64,000 nt of DNA from Candidatus Binatia bacterium (GTDB taxonomy: Bacteria > Desulfobacterota > Binatia > UBA9968 > JAJDTQ01). The notes beneath the pieces were generated by a model. The model was not told the DNA's origin. It was given only the letters and a program-made list of their open reading frames with translations, and made no database searches. Below are positions 29,310-38,200 of this stretch, in pieces; the first letter of the stretch is position 1; every line of letters starts with the position of its first letter. The stretch lies in the NCBI GenBank assembly GCA_963666515.2, contig OY762897.2:4384001-4448000 (forward strand). The letters run 5' to 3'. Made by a program: the position numbers and the translations under genes.

Positions 29310-31180
29310 CTAGAATCCTTGATCGACAGGATCTTGACTCAGGAAGACAAGATATTTGAACTGGACTTCGTTCGTACATGAATACTATCGTAGGCCATCG
29401 CGAGTTGTAACGCTCGGTAGTTTAAGCGACGAGCTTCGCCTCATCGCAAATGGCATCGAGGTTCCTGGTGATGGCGGCAAAGCGCCGATGGGTCTTGGTA
29501 TTGCCGCTCACGGCGTCGGGCGCAAGATGGGCCAGGCCGGGGCGAAGGATGCGGTTGTAGACACGCGTGTAGAACATCGCCACCTTGAGGCCGTGTTCGG
29601 TCAAGTGGTAGCGGTAGGCGCCGGGGATGCGCTCGATCAGGCCGTGCAGGCGCAGGCGTCTCAGGTCGTAACTCATTCGGCCCGGGCGCATTGGACTGGG
29701 ATCGAGGCCCAGGAGTGCACCGAGGTGCCCGCGCAGGTCGCGGTTGGAGAAGCCGCGGGCCGAAAGAGTGAACAAGAGCAGGGCCTGCATCAGAGCCTGC
29801 ACGCGCTCATCGGCGAAGCGCAGGGCCGAGGCGCGTTGTCCGTGGAACTCCAGGCCGCGTTGATGGCGTTGGAGTTCGTCTTCACCCAGGGCACAGTCGT
29901 GGCTGATGGTTTCTATCTGCAACAGACGACGGTTGGCTGTGAAGCCGACCTGGCACAACGCCGCCAGGTTAGACAGCCGCCGGCCCAGGGCGAAGTCATA
30001 GGTGTCGTTGACGGTGGTCTCGGTGCGCAGCGCCTGCCCTTCCTTGTGGTACTGCTTGATGCGCGAGTGCTTGTAGTCCACGTGCAAGGAAGGGGTGACG
30101 CCTGCGGTGATGACCCGGGTACGGAACCGACCGGGGGTGCGCCGGGTGACCCGGCGCTGGAAGATCAACTGCACCTGGCTGGGGCGACCGAGATCGAGGT
30201 TCTCGCGGATCACGTCCTCGAAAAAGACGCGGCCCGAGGCCGGGCGGTCGAGCACCTGGGTCAGGCTGAACTCCGCTTGCAGGATGGAGATGTCGTAGCG
30301 CAGACCGGCGCGACGGTCCTGAGGCGTATACGGATGCGGCAGGCGATCGAACCACTTGCGCGCCAGTCTGTCGATGAAAGCGGCATCGAAGCCTTCGCAG
30401 ATCTGTTGCAGCGCCTCGGGGTCTCCGCAGCAGCGCACGCCGTTGTCCAAAGCCTCGAACGGGATGCCGCGCTCGCGCAACTGGCACTTGGCGTACTCGT
30501 TGCCGTTGAGGCACAGCTTGCCGTTGTACGGGAAGTAGGTGCAGAACTTGATGAAGAACGGCCCCGCCTGTTTGTCCACGCAATAGAAATACACATGGTT
30601 GACCATCGCGGTAGACGAGACCACCCACGGATAGGTGACCCCGGTGTCCGGGTTCCGGCGCCGCTCGGTGCGCATCACACGGGCCTTCTCCTGCGCTATC
30701 CCGATGTACAAAACCCCTTCGGTTCCCTTGAACCGCCCCAGGTACTCCTGCGTCACCTCGTCCTTGCGCTGGCCCTTCTTGAAGTGCACCACCTCGATCT
30801 GCTCCCGCTCCGCAAAGTCCTTCACCGCCTGCACGAACTCCCGACTCTTGGGCGCCAGCGCCACCGTCGACGCAAACCGCTGGCCATGGTGCTTGTGCAG
30901 ATACCCCACTACCCCGCCCACGCTCTGCAACTGCGGCACATACAGGTTCAAGTACAGGCGATCCACCGACTCGTATTCCAGCGTCACGTGATCGCGCAAT
31001 ACTTCCGCTACGGTTTGTGGTAGGCTCATGTCCGGCTCCGGTTGCTTCGGGCTTTTATGCCCATTTGACCCTTTGAGGTCCGACCTTGCAAGGTCCCATG
31101 ACCAGGGATTCAATCCCTGCTACAAGCGACCGGAGCCAATCCCCTTACCCCCTCGTCGGTCTGAGGCGAAGCCTCGCTAG
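29310..31180 (-). mobile_element. Putative unclassified IS-like element bounded by CTAG
   Basis: CTAGAATCCTTG at 29310 and CTAGAATTCTTG at 31177; single large ORF; hairpins at both ends. Confidence 0.6.
29422..31029 (-). CDS. Putative transposase/Rep-like protein with C-terminal winged helix
   Basis: 535 aa from MSLPQ; VDRLYLN, SILQAEFSLTQ, IKQYHKEGQALRTET; wHTH MSYDLRRLRLHGLIERIPG. Confidence 0.7.
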   Translation of the reverse strand: MSLPQTVAEVLRDHVTLEYESVDRLYLNLYVPQLQSVGGVVGYLHKHHGQRFASTVALAPKSREFVQAVKDFAEREQIEVVHFKKGQRKDEVTQEYLGRFKGTEGVLYIGIAQEKARVMRTERRRNPDTGVTYPWVVSSTAMVNHVYFYCVDKQAGPFFIKFCTYFPYNGKLCLNGNEYAKCQLRERGIPFEALDNGVRCCGDPEALQQICEGFDAAFIDRLARKWFDRLPHPYTPQDRRAGLRYDISILQAEFSLTQVLDRPASGRVFFEDVIRENLDLGRPSQVQLIFQRRVTRRTPGRFRTRVITAGVTPSLHVDYKHSRIKQYHKEGQALRTETTVNDTYDFALGRRLSNLAALCQVGFTANRRLLQIETISHDCALGEDELQRHQRGLEFHGQRASALRFADERVQALMQALLLFTLSARGFSNRDLRGHLGALLGLDPSPMRPGRMSYDLRRLRLHGLIERIPGAYRYHLTEHGLKVAMFYTRVYNRILRPGLAHLAPDAVSGNTKTHRRFAAITRNLDAICDEAKLVA

Positions 31181-33202
31181 AATTCTTGTCTTTTCAGGAG
31201 GTTAGGGGCGGGTTTTGCCCGATGACACGCATCCGTGCGTCCGGACCAACGCAAGAGCTACGGTCAATTCTGGTGCGTGGGGGAGTCGGATCTGGCGGCT
31301 TTGCGAGAGGACCGACCTCAGAAACAGTCCTTAGTTCTTCCGTGTGCTGAGGCCACGGTGCAGCCGTGGTCGGATGCTGGGGCTGGTCACGCGCTCACGA
31401 TTGCGATTGACTCCTCTACGCGGCGGGCGAGGCGGTTCTGCTGGTGCCTTGCGGTATCTGATTGTTTCCGAGTTCGTGGTAACGGGTGGGGTGATGAGCG
31501 ATTCGAAGAGGTTGATCGAGGTATCGCTGCCTTTGGAGGCCATCAACAAGGCGGCGTCTCGGGAGAAATCGATCCGGCATGGGCATCCGAGCACGTTGCA
31601 TCTGTGGTGGGCGCGACGGCCTTTGGCGGCGGCACGGGCGGTGATTTTTGCACAGATGGTGGACGACCCGTCGGAGTATGTGGATGTACTGCTTTCGGAC
31701 ACGGGAAGGAAGCGAGTTGCGGAGCGCGAGTTGAAGGAGCGTCTTGCGGACCACGAGAGGAAGCGATTGATTTCGGGAGAGGATGGGTCGGCGGGGCCGG
31801 AGTTGACGATTGAGGCGGTGGCAGCGGAGTTGGAGCGCAAGCGGCTGTTCGGGCTGATCGAGGAGTTGGTGAGGTGGGAGAACACGACGAACGAGGAGGT
31901 ATTGGAGCGGGCACGGTCGGAGATTTGGCAGAGTTGGCGGCGGGCTTGCGCGCGGAACGCCGATCATCCACGGGCGAAGGAGTTGTATGACCGCCACAAG
32001 CTGCCTGCGTTTCACGATCCATTTGCAGGGGGAGGTGCGTTGCCGCTGGAGGCACAGCGGTTGGGGCTGGAGAGCCACGCCAGCGATCTGAATCCAGTGG
32101 CGGTTCTGATCAACAAAGCGATGATCGAGATTCCACCCAGGTTCGCAGGGTGGATGCCTGTGAATCCAGAGGCGCGACAGGGTAGAGGGGCAGACAGGCC
32201 GTTGCTGGCAGAGCATGACTGGACGGGAGCGCGGGGGCTTGCTGAAGATGTCCGTTACTATGGCCGATGGTTGAGAGACCAAGCGGAGAAGCGTATCGGG
32301 CATTTGTATCCAAAGGTCGAGGTTACCGAGGAAATGGTGCGGGAGCGGCCCGACCTGAAACCGTACAAGGGCCGCAAGCTTACCGTGATCGCATGGCTGT
32401 GGGCGCGCACGGTGAAGAGCCCGAATCCGGCGTTTGCGGATGTAGAGGTGCCGTTGGCGTCCACGTTCATGCTCTCGACGAAGAAGGGGAAGGAGGCGTA
32501 CGTCGAGCCGGTGATCGAGGGGGCTGGGTACCGATTCACGGTAAAGGTGGGGATGTCGGAGGATGGGGTTAGGACGAAGATGGGCACTAAATCGGGGGGA
32601 AGCGGCAAGCCGTTTCTCTGTCTTATGTCTGGTACACCCTTGCCGTTCGACTACTTGAGGTCAGAAGCCAAATCCGGTCGCATGGGTGCGAGGCTGATGG
32701 CGATAGTCGCTGAGGGCAATCGGGGTCGAGTTTATTTGGCGCCGACACTAGAACACGAAGCTGTCGCCAGAGAAGCGGAACCGCTATGGACGCCAGGCAC
32801 GAAACTACCAGAACGGGCGCTCGGTTTCCGCGTACAGGAATACGGCATGACGACGTGGAGTGACCTCTTCACCGCCCGCCAACTGGTCGTGCTGACGACC
32901 TTCTCTGACTTGGTGGGGGAGGCCATTGAGCAAGTCAAGAAAGACTACGCGGGAGCGTCCCACAGCATCGCTGACGACGACCGCGCCCTGAGGGACGGAG
33001 GCCTTGGACCCCGTGCATATTCCGAGGCGGTGGGGGTATATCTGGCGTTTGCATTGTCAAAGGTTGCAAACATCGGCTCATCGTTGGTTTCTTGGATGAA
33101 CGATCGTGGCGCATTGCGAGAAACTTTCGCTCGACAAGCGATACCAATGGTGTGGGATTTCGCTGAGGCTAATCCGTTCGCAGACACCGGCGGCACCCTA
33201 AA

Positions 33203-34867
33203 CTCGATTGTTGCAAAAACCACGGCTGAATTTAAGAGTCAGGCGCGGGGCGTGAGGGCTGCGAGGGCGTGACGCAGTTCTGCTTCGAGATTCGGATTGG
33301 TATTCATCGACAGGATGAGCTTGCCGGCGGGGCGAATGATACGTCCGGCTCGTTGAATGAGGGTACGGCGCAGGGTTCCGATTTCGCGGAAGCACCACAG
33401 GGCGGGGCGCTTGGCTGTGGTGGAACGCTCACGGGGGTGGATTCGCATCTGGAGTTCGCGGGTGAGGTTGTGAGCGAGGATGCTGGCGAACATGTACAAC
33501 TGGTTCCCGACGCGTGTTTTGACGGGCACGTAGCCCATTTGGCAGTGGGACTTCAACTCGGCGAAGATACCCTCTTGGGATCCCCGTCCTTCGTGGAAGA
33601 GCGCCACGTTGCGTGGGCGGATTCTCTTGTTGGTGACGATGACCTTGAACTCGTACCCATGGGAGACCGGCTTGAAGAGGTCGAGTTGGATTTCCTCCTT
33701 GTCCTGGTATCGGACGGGTTTTCTGATGAAGACGAAGCGATAGCGGGTGTTCCAGGACTTGGGCTTCCAGCGGGTCTCGAAGTAGCCGAGTCCATTGGCC
33801 ATGGGCCGCCATCGTTGTCTGCCTTCGATCATCCCCTTCAGTTCGGCCAAGCGCTCGAAGGGCACCGAGACGGTGAAGGTGACACCCAGGGAGTGAAGCC
33901 GGTCGACGATATCCCTGTTGAAGAAGGCGCTGTCCATGCGCACCTCGATCCTGGCCCGGGGCAGGCTTGCGCGCACGGTGCACACACAGCCCTGGATGAA
34001 GGCATCGGCGCCCTTGGAGTCATGGACGTTTCCCGGCCGATGGTGCACGTCGAGCACCTGGTCGGTCTGGGCCACGGTGCAAAACAGGGGGTAGTAGCTG
34101 CGCGCCCCTTTCTTCTTCTTGTTGAACCCCACCGCGGTGCCCTCGGCGTGGCGCCCGGTGCTCAAGACCGAGCCGTCGAAGTCCAGGGTGATAGTCGCGA
34201 AACCTTCGGCCACCAAGCGCTCGATGACCACCGTTCTCGACTCGGCGCGGACGTTGTCGACGCTGCACGCGTCGGCACTCTTCAGCGAGCGGCTCACGGT
34301 AGACACGTCCGGCAAGCGTTTCAGCCCAAGCAACCGCCGGACCAGTTCATCATCCCGGTAGTACGCCAAGTCTTGCAACTGTCGGTGTCCGATGATGAGA
34401 TGCACCACCAGCAGCAGCAACACGACGTGGTGACCGTAGATCGGATTGGCTTTCAGGTGGCGGAAGCACCGCCCCAGCCGCTCCTTGAGACCCAGGTGGG
34501 AAAAGAAGCACTGAAAGAGGATGAGCCCCGAATACGATGTCAGTTTCTGCGGCTCGAATCGAACCTCCATGCCCAGCGTGGCTTTACCTCGAACCGCGGT
34601 TCTGCTAAGTTTCATTTCGTGGTCTCCGTTTCATCGGGTATTGGGATGATACCAACGATGATTATATCAGTTTCGGAGACCACATCCTTGAGCTCACCTC
34701 GTTTTGTTCGAAAAAATGTCGCAACAACCCCCCTCGATTTTATCTCACGGGCGGCTGTGGCTTAGCTTCACAGATGGTGAGCCTGAGCTATTTGCCGTAT
34801 GACACCGGAGAGCCTTTGTAGGACGGCCTGAGCGGGCTCTTCAAGAGGGCGTTTTGCAACTGACGGG
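33203..34867 (-). mobile_element. IS1380-family insertion
   Basis: Imperfect IRs CTCGATTGTTGCAAAA / TTTTGCAACTGACGGG (12/16), flanked by TAAA/TGAA; alternative inner ends at 33220/34760. Confidence 0.8.
33239..34615 (-). CDS. IS1380-family DDE transposase
   Basis: [45 protein letters not shown]. Confidence 0.92.
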   Translation of the reverse strand: MKLSRTAVRGKATLGMEVRFEPQKLTSYSGLILFQCFFSHLGLKERLGRCFRHLKANPIYGHHVVLLLLVVHLIIGHRQLQDLAYYRDDELVRRLLGLKRLPDVSTVSRSLKSADACSVDNVRAESRTVVIERLVAEGFATITLDFDGSVLSTGRHAEGTAVGFNKKKKGARSYYPLFCTVAQTDQVLDVHHRPGNVHDSKGADAFIQGCVCTVRASLPRARIEVRMDSAFFNRDIVDRLHSLGVTFTVSVPFERLAELKGMIEGRQRWRPMANGLGYFETRWKPKSWNTRYRFVFIRKPVRYQDKEEIQLDLFKPVSHGYEFKVIVTNKRIRPRNVALFHEGRGSQEGIFAELKSHCQMGYVPVKTRVGNQLYMFASILAHNLTRELQMRIHPRERSTTAKRPALWCFREIGTLRRTLIQRAGRIIRPAGKLILSMNTNPNLEAELRHALAALTPRA

Positions 34868-36197
34868 TGAAGGCAGCCGTCGACAAAGGGGCAATGGTGA
34901 TTGATGCGTTCCCTGCACGGAGCATGGGATGGGGTGGTCAACTCGATGCGGCACACCAAACGCTTAGTACCGACACGCTGGTGTCAACTGATCCACCGTA
35001 CTACGACAATATCGGTTATGCGGATCTCTCCGACTTCTTTTTCCTCTGGCTACGCTCTACGGTGCGGTTGATCTATCCTGACCTCTTCGCCACTCTCGCT
35101 GTACCAAAGGCACAAGAGTTAGTCGCCGATCCGTTCCGGCATGGAAATAGGGAAACTGCCAAGGCATTCTTTTTGGCCGGAATGGCGGAGGCGATGCGCA
35201 GCCTCGCTGAGAGGGCTCACCGTGGCTTCCCGGTGTCCATTTACTATGCGTTCAAGCAGTTCGAGACCAAGGACGAAACCGACGCGTCCAGTACTGGTTG
35301 GGAGAGTTTCCTTGACGCGTTGATCCGTGCTGGCTTTTCCATCACGGGCACGTGGCCAATGCGTACGGAAGGTTCTGGAAAGGATCCGAGCAAAAGGTGC
35401 CAACGCCCTCGCCTCCAGCATCGTCCTTATCTGTCGCCGACGACCGGACGACGCGCCTTTAGCCACCCGTCGCGAGTTTGTCGCCGCGCTCAAAGCCGAA
35501 CTGCCCACCGCCCTCGCTCAACTACAAGCCAGCAACATCGCGCCGGTAGACCTTGCCCAAGCGGCCATCGGGCCGGGCATGGCGATCTACACCCGCTACG
35601 CCAAGGTCCTGGACGCTGAGGGCAATCCGGTTCCGGTGCGGGATGCTCTGGCGCTCATCAACCAGACCCTGGGCGAAACCCTTGCCGAGCAGGAAGGGGA
35701 GTTTGACGCGGATACTCGCTGGGCGTTGGCATGGTTTGAGCAGCAGGGCTTTGGCGAGGGTGAATACGGCGTGGCGGAAATGCTTTCCAAGGCCAAGAAC
35801 ACGAGTATCGCTGGCATCGCCCAGGGAGGTATCCTGGTGTCTCGTGCGGGTAAAGTGCGGCTTCTGCGCCCGAAGGAATTGGCTGACGACTGGGACCCGA
35901 CTGCCGATTCGCGACTCACCGTATGGGAAGTGGTCCACCAACTTGTGCGCGTTCTGGAGAGCGGGGGCGAGACGCGGGCTGCGGCCTTTCTCAGGCGGCT
36001 TGGAGGGGTAGGGGAGACGGCGCGTGAGTTGGCCTATCGCCTCTATTCCATCGCGGAACGAAAGGGTCGTGCAGCGGAAGCGTTGGCCTACAATTCTCTG
36101 GTCCAGAGCTGGCCAGAGATCATTCGCTTGGCCCGCTCCCCGGAAGAGCCGGAGCTTTTCTGAGGGCAGAGACGCTGCCGGGGAGAGGGGAACTTCG

Positions 36198-37427
36198 GTG
36201 ACTCAATCCGAACTTGTTCGGAAGATTCGGCTTGGCGAGGACTCGATGCTGAGTCTGGAACCGGTCGTGCTTGAAGACGGCCGTGTCGTCAGCCCAAGCC
36301 GCGATGATTTTGCAGATGAGCTGGCGGCCTTTGCGAACGCCTATGGCGGTAAGTTGATCTTGGGGGTCGATGGCAGGACCAGACAGGTGCACGGGATCGC
36401 CGCTGATGCGCTGGAGGCCGTAGAAGGCTGGGTCAGACGAATATGCAGTCACTCTATTGCCCCAGCCCTTGCCCCGGAGTTTTTTTGCTTCCGGTTGGAT
36501 GGCGTTGATGGACGAGTCGTTCCGGTGATCGGGGTGGACATCCCACGCAGTCTGTTCTTGCACAAGAGCCCGGGAGGCTATTTCCGCAGGCTTGGAAGTG
36601 CCAAGCGTGAGATGTCGCGCGATTACCTGGCGCGCCTGCTCCAGCAACGCAGTCAAAGCGGCATCGTGCGCTTTGACCAATCCTTGGTGCCGGGTACGTG
36701 TACCGCCGAACTGGAATACTCGTTGACGCGCCGATTCTTGCGTGGGGACTTGATTGACGAGGGTGTCTCGGAGAACGCGGCGCGTAAGCTCAGGCTCGTG
36801 GTCGATGACAAGGATGGTATGCCGCGGCTCACGCTGGCCGGTGTTCTGCTATGCACCCGCGAACCGCAGCGTTGGCTGCCCCACGCTTACGTGCAAGCGG
36901 TCAGTTATGCGGGCGAGCGGACGGACGTGAACTACCAGACCGATGCGCGTGATATCGGCGGTCCCCTCGACGAGCAGGTTGCCGAGGCGCTGCATTTCGT
37001 GCGCAAAAACATGCTGGTGCGCGCGACGAAGACCACGGGCCGGATGGATAGGCCACAGTTCAGCGAGCGGGCCGTGTTCGAGGCTTTGGTCAATGCGGTT
37101 GCTCACCGGGACTATTCGATGGCGGGTTCGCGTGTGCGGTTGCACATGTTCGGCGATCGTCTTGAGCTGTATGTTCCCGGCCCACTGGCCAACACCCTCA
37201 CTCCCGACACCCTGCACCTGCGGCAGGCCAACCGGAACGAATTGATCGTGTCACTTCTGGCGCGCTGTCCTGCCCCCGCCGGCCTCGGTCGTGTGAATCT
37301 GATGGACCGTCGAGGGGACGGAGTACCCGTCATTCTGAGAGAGAGTCTGGAACTGTCAGGACATCGCCCGGAGTACACGGTGATCGACGAGAGCGAGGTC
37401 CGGCTCGTCATATGGGCAGCGGAATAG
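36198..37427 (+). CDS. Schlafen/AlbA_2 domain plus HATPase_c_4 (RecG C-terminal-like) protein
   Basis: LAAFANAYGGKLILGV, EALVNAVAHRDY, DRRGDG; GTG start. Confidence 0.85.
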   Translation: MTQSELVRKIRLGEDSMLSLEPVVLEDGRVVSPSRDDFADELAAFANAYGGKLILGVDGRTRQVHGIAADALEAVEGWVRRICSHSIAPALAPEFFCFRLDGVDGRVVPVIGVDIPRSLFLHKSPGGYFRRLGSAKREMSRDYLARLLQQRSQSGIVRFDQSLVPGTCTAELEYSLTRRFLRGDLIDEGVSENAARKLRLVVDDKDGMPRLTLAGVLLCTREPQRWLPHAYVQAVSYAGERTDVNYQTDARDIGGPLDEQVAEALHFVRKNMLVRATKTTGRMDRPQFSERAVFEALVNAVAHRDYSMAGSRVRLHMFGDRLELYVPGPLANTLTPDTLHLRQANRNELIVSLLARCPAPAGLGRVNLMDRRGDGVPVILRESLELSGHRPEYTVIDESEVRLVIWAAE

Positions 37428-37498
37428 GGGGCGGCGACCGGAAGGAACGGACCACGAGGGGCGCCACACGCACCGTCGCGGACCACCAGCAGCAGGAC

Positions 37499-38155
37499 AT
37501 GGACGCCGCTGTCAGTCGCGTTCTCACCATCGGCCATTCCGTTCATCCTTTGGAGGCATTCGTTGCCCTGTTGAGGCGTTACGAGGTCGCCAAGGTGATG
37601 GACATTCGTTCGACGCCGTACAGCCGCTTCAATCCGCAGTTCAATCGTGAGTCGCTGGCGCGCAGCCTCGCGGAGTGCGGGATCGAGTACGTGTTCTTTG
37701 GGATGGAGTTGGGCGGCCGATCCGATGATCCGTCCTGCTACGAGAACGGGCGCATCCGCTACGACCGGGTCGCGGCGGCGCCGTCCTTTCGGCGGGGATT
37801 GGACCGTGTCGTACGGGACGCCGGTGGTCGAATCGTGGCGCTCATGTGCGCAGAGAAAGAGCCGCTGAACTGTCACCGGACTTTGCTGGTGGCACAGGCG
37901 CTCGCGACCTGCGAGGTCACGGTCAGCCACATCCTGGCGGATGGCGGATTGGAAACCCACGAGGCGTCCATGAAGAGGCTGCTTGCCATTCACGGCGGCG
38001 CGCAACAAGGGGAATTATTCGCCTCGCCCGGTGGCGTTGTCGAGTGGGTGGTCGCCAGGCAGGCGGAACGCGTTGGATATAGAAGGCGAGAACAGCAAGG
38101 AGAATCACGAAAGCGTGACGTCGCGACGCGGAAGAACGGTGTTCGTGGTAAATGA
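37499..38155 (+). CDS. DUF488 family protein
   Basis: TIGHS, DIRSTPYSR, ELGGR, ALMCAEKEPLNCHR. Confidence 0.88.
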   Translation: MDAAVSRVLTIGHSVHPLEAFVALLRRYEVAKVMDIRSTPYSRFNPQFNRESLARSLAECGIEYVFFGMELGGRSDDPSCYENGRIRYDRVAAAPSFRRGLDRVVRDAGGRIVALMCAEKEPLNCHRTLLVAQALATCEVTVSHILADGGLETHEASMKRLLAIHGGAQQGELFASPGGVVEWVVARQAERVGYRRREQQGESRKRDVATRKNGVRGK

Positions 38156-38200
38156 TGACTCGGAGCTGTATCGCTATACTGGAGTTGAACCGAGGGACTG

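Larger units (their letters stand above)
31494..36163 (+). pseudogene. DUF1156 adenine methyltransferase (HmaB-like), interrupted by an IS at 33203-34867 and frameshifted near 35380
   Basis: [17 protein letters not shown] (motif I), STDPPYYDN (motif IV); IS removal restores TL-KAA in frame; extra A at 35379-35381. Confidence 0.88.

Noticed and set aside
29356-31023. 555-aa ORF antisense to the putative transposase (likewise 33269-34765 for the IS1380)
   Set aside because: Codon-mirror antisense frames with no recognisable domain
31317-31333. CTCAGAAACAGTCCT, reminiscent of an IS5-like end
   Set aside because: No partner inverted repeat or transposase found
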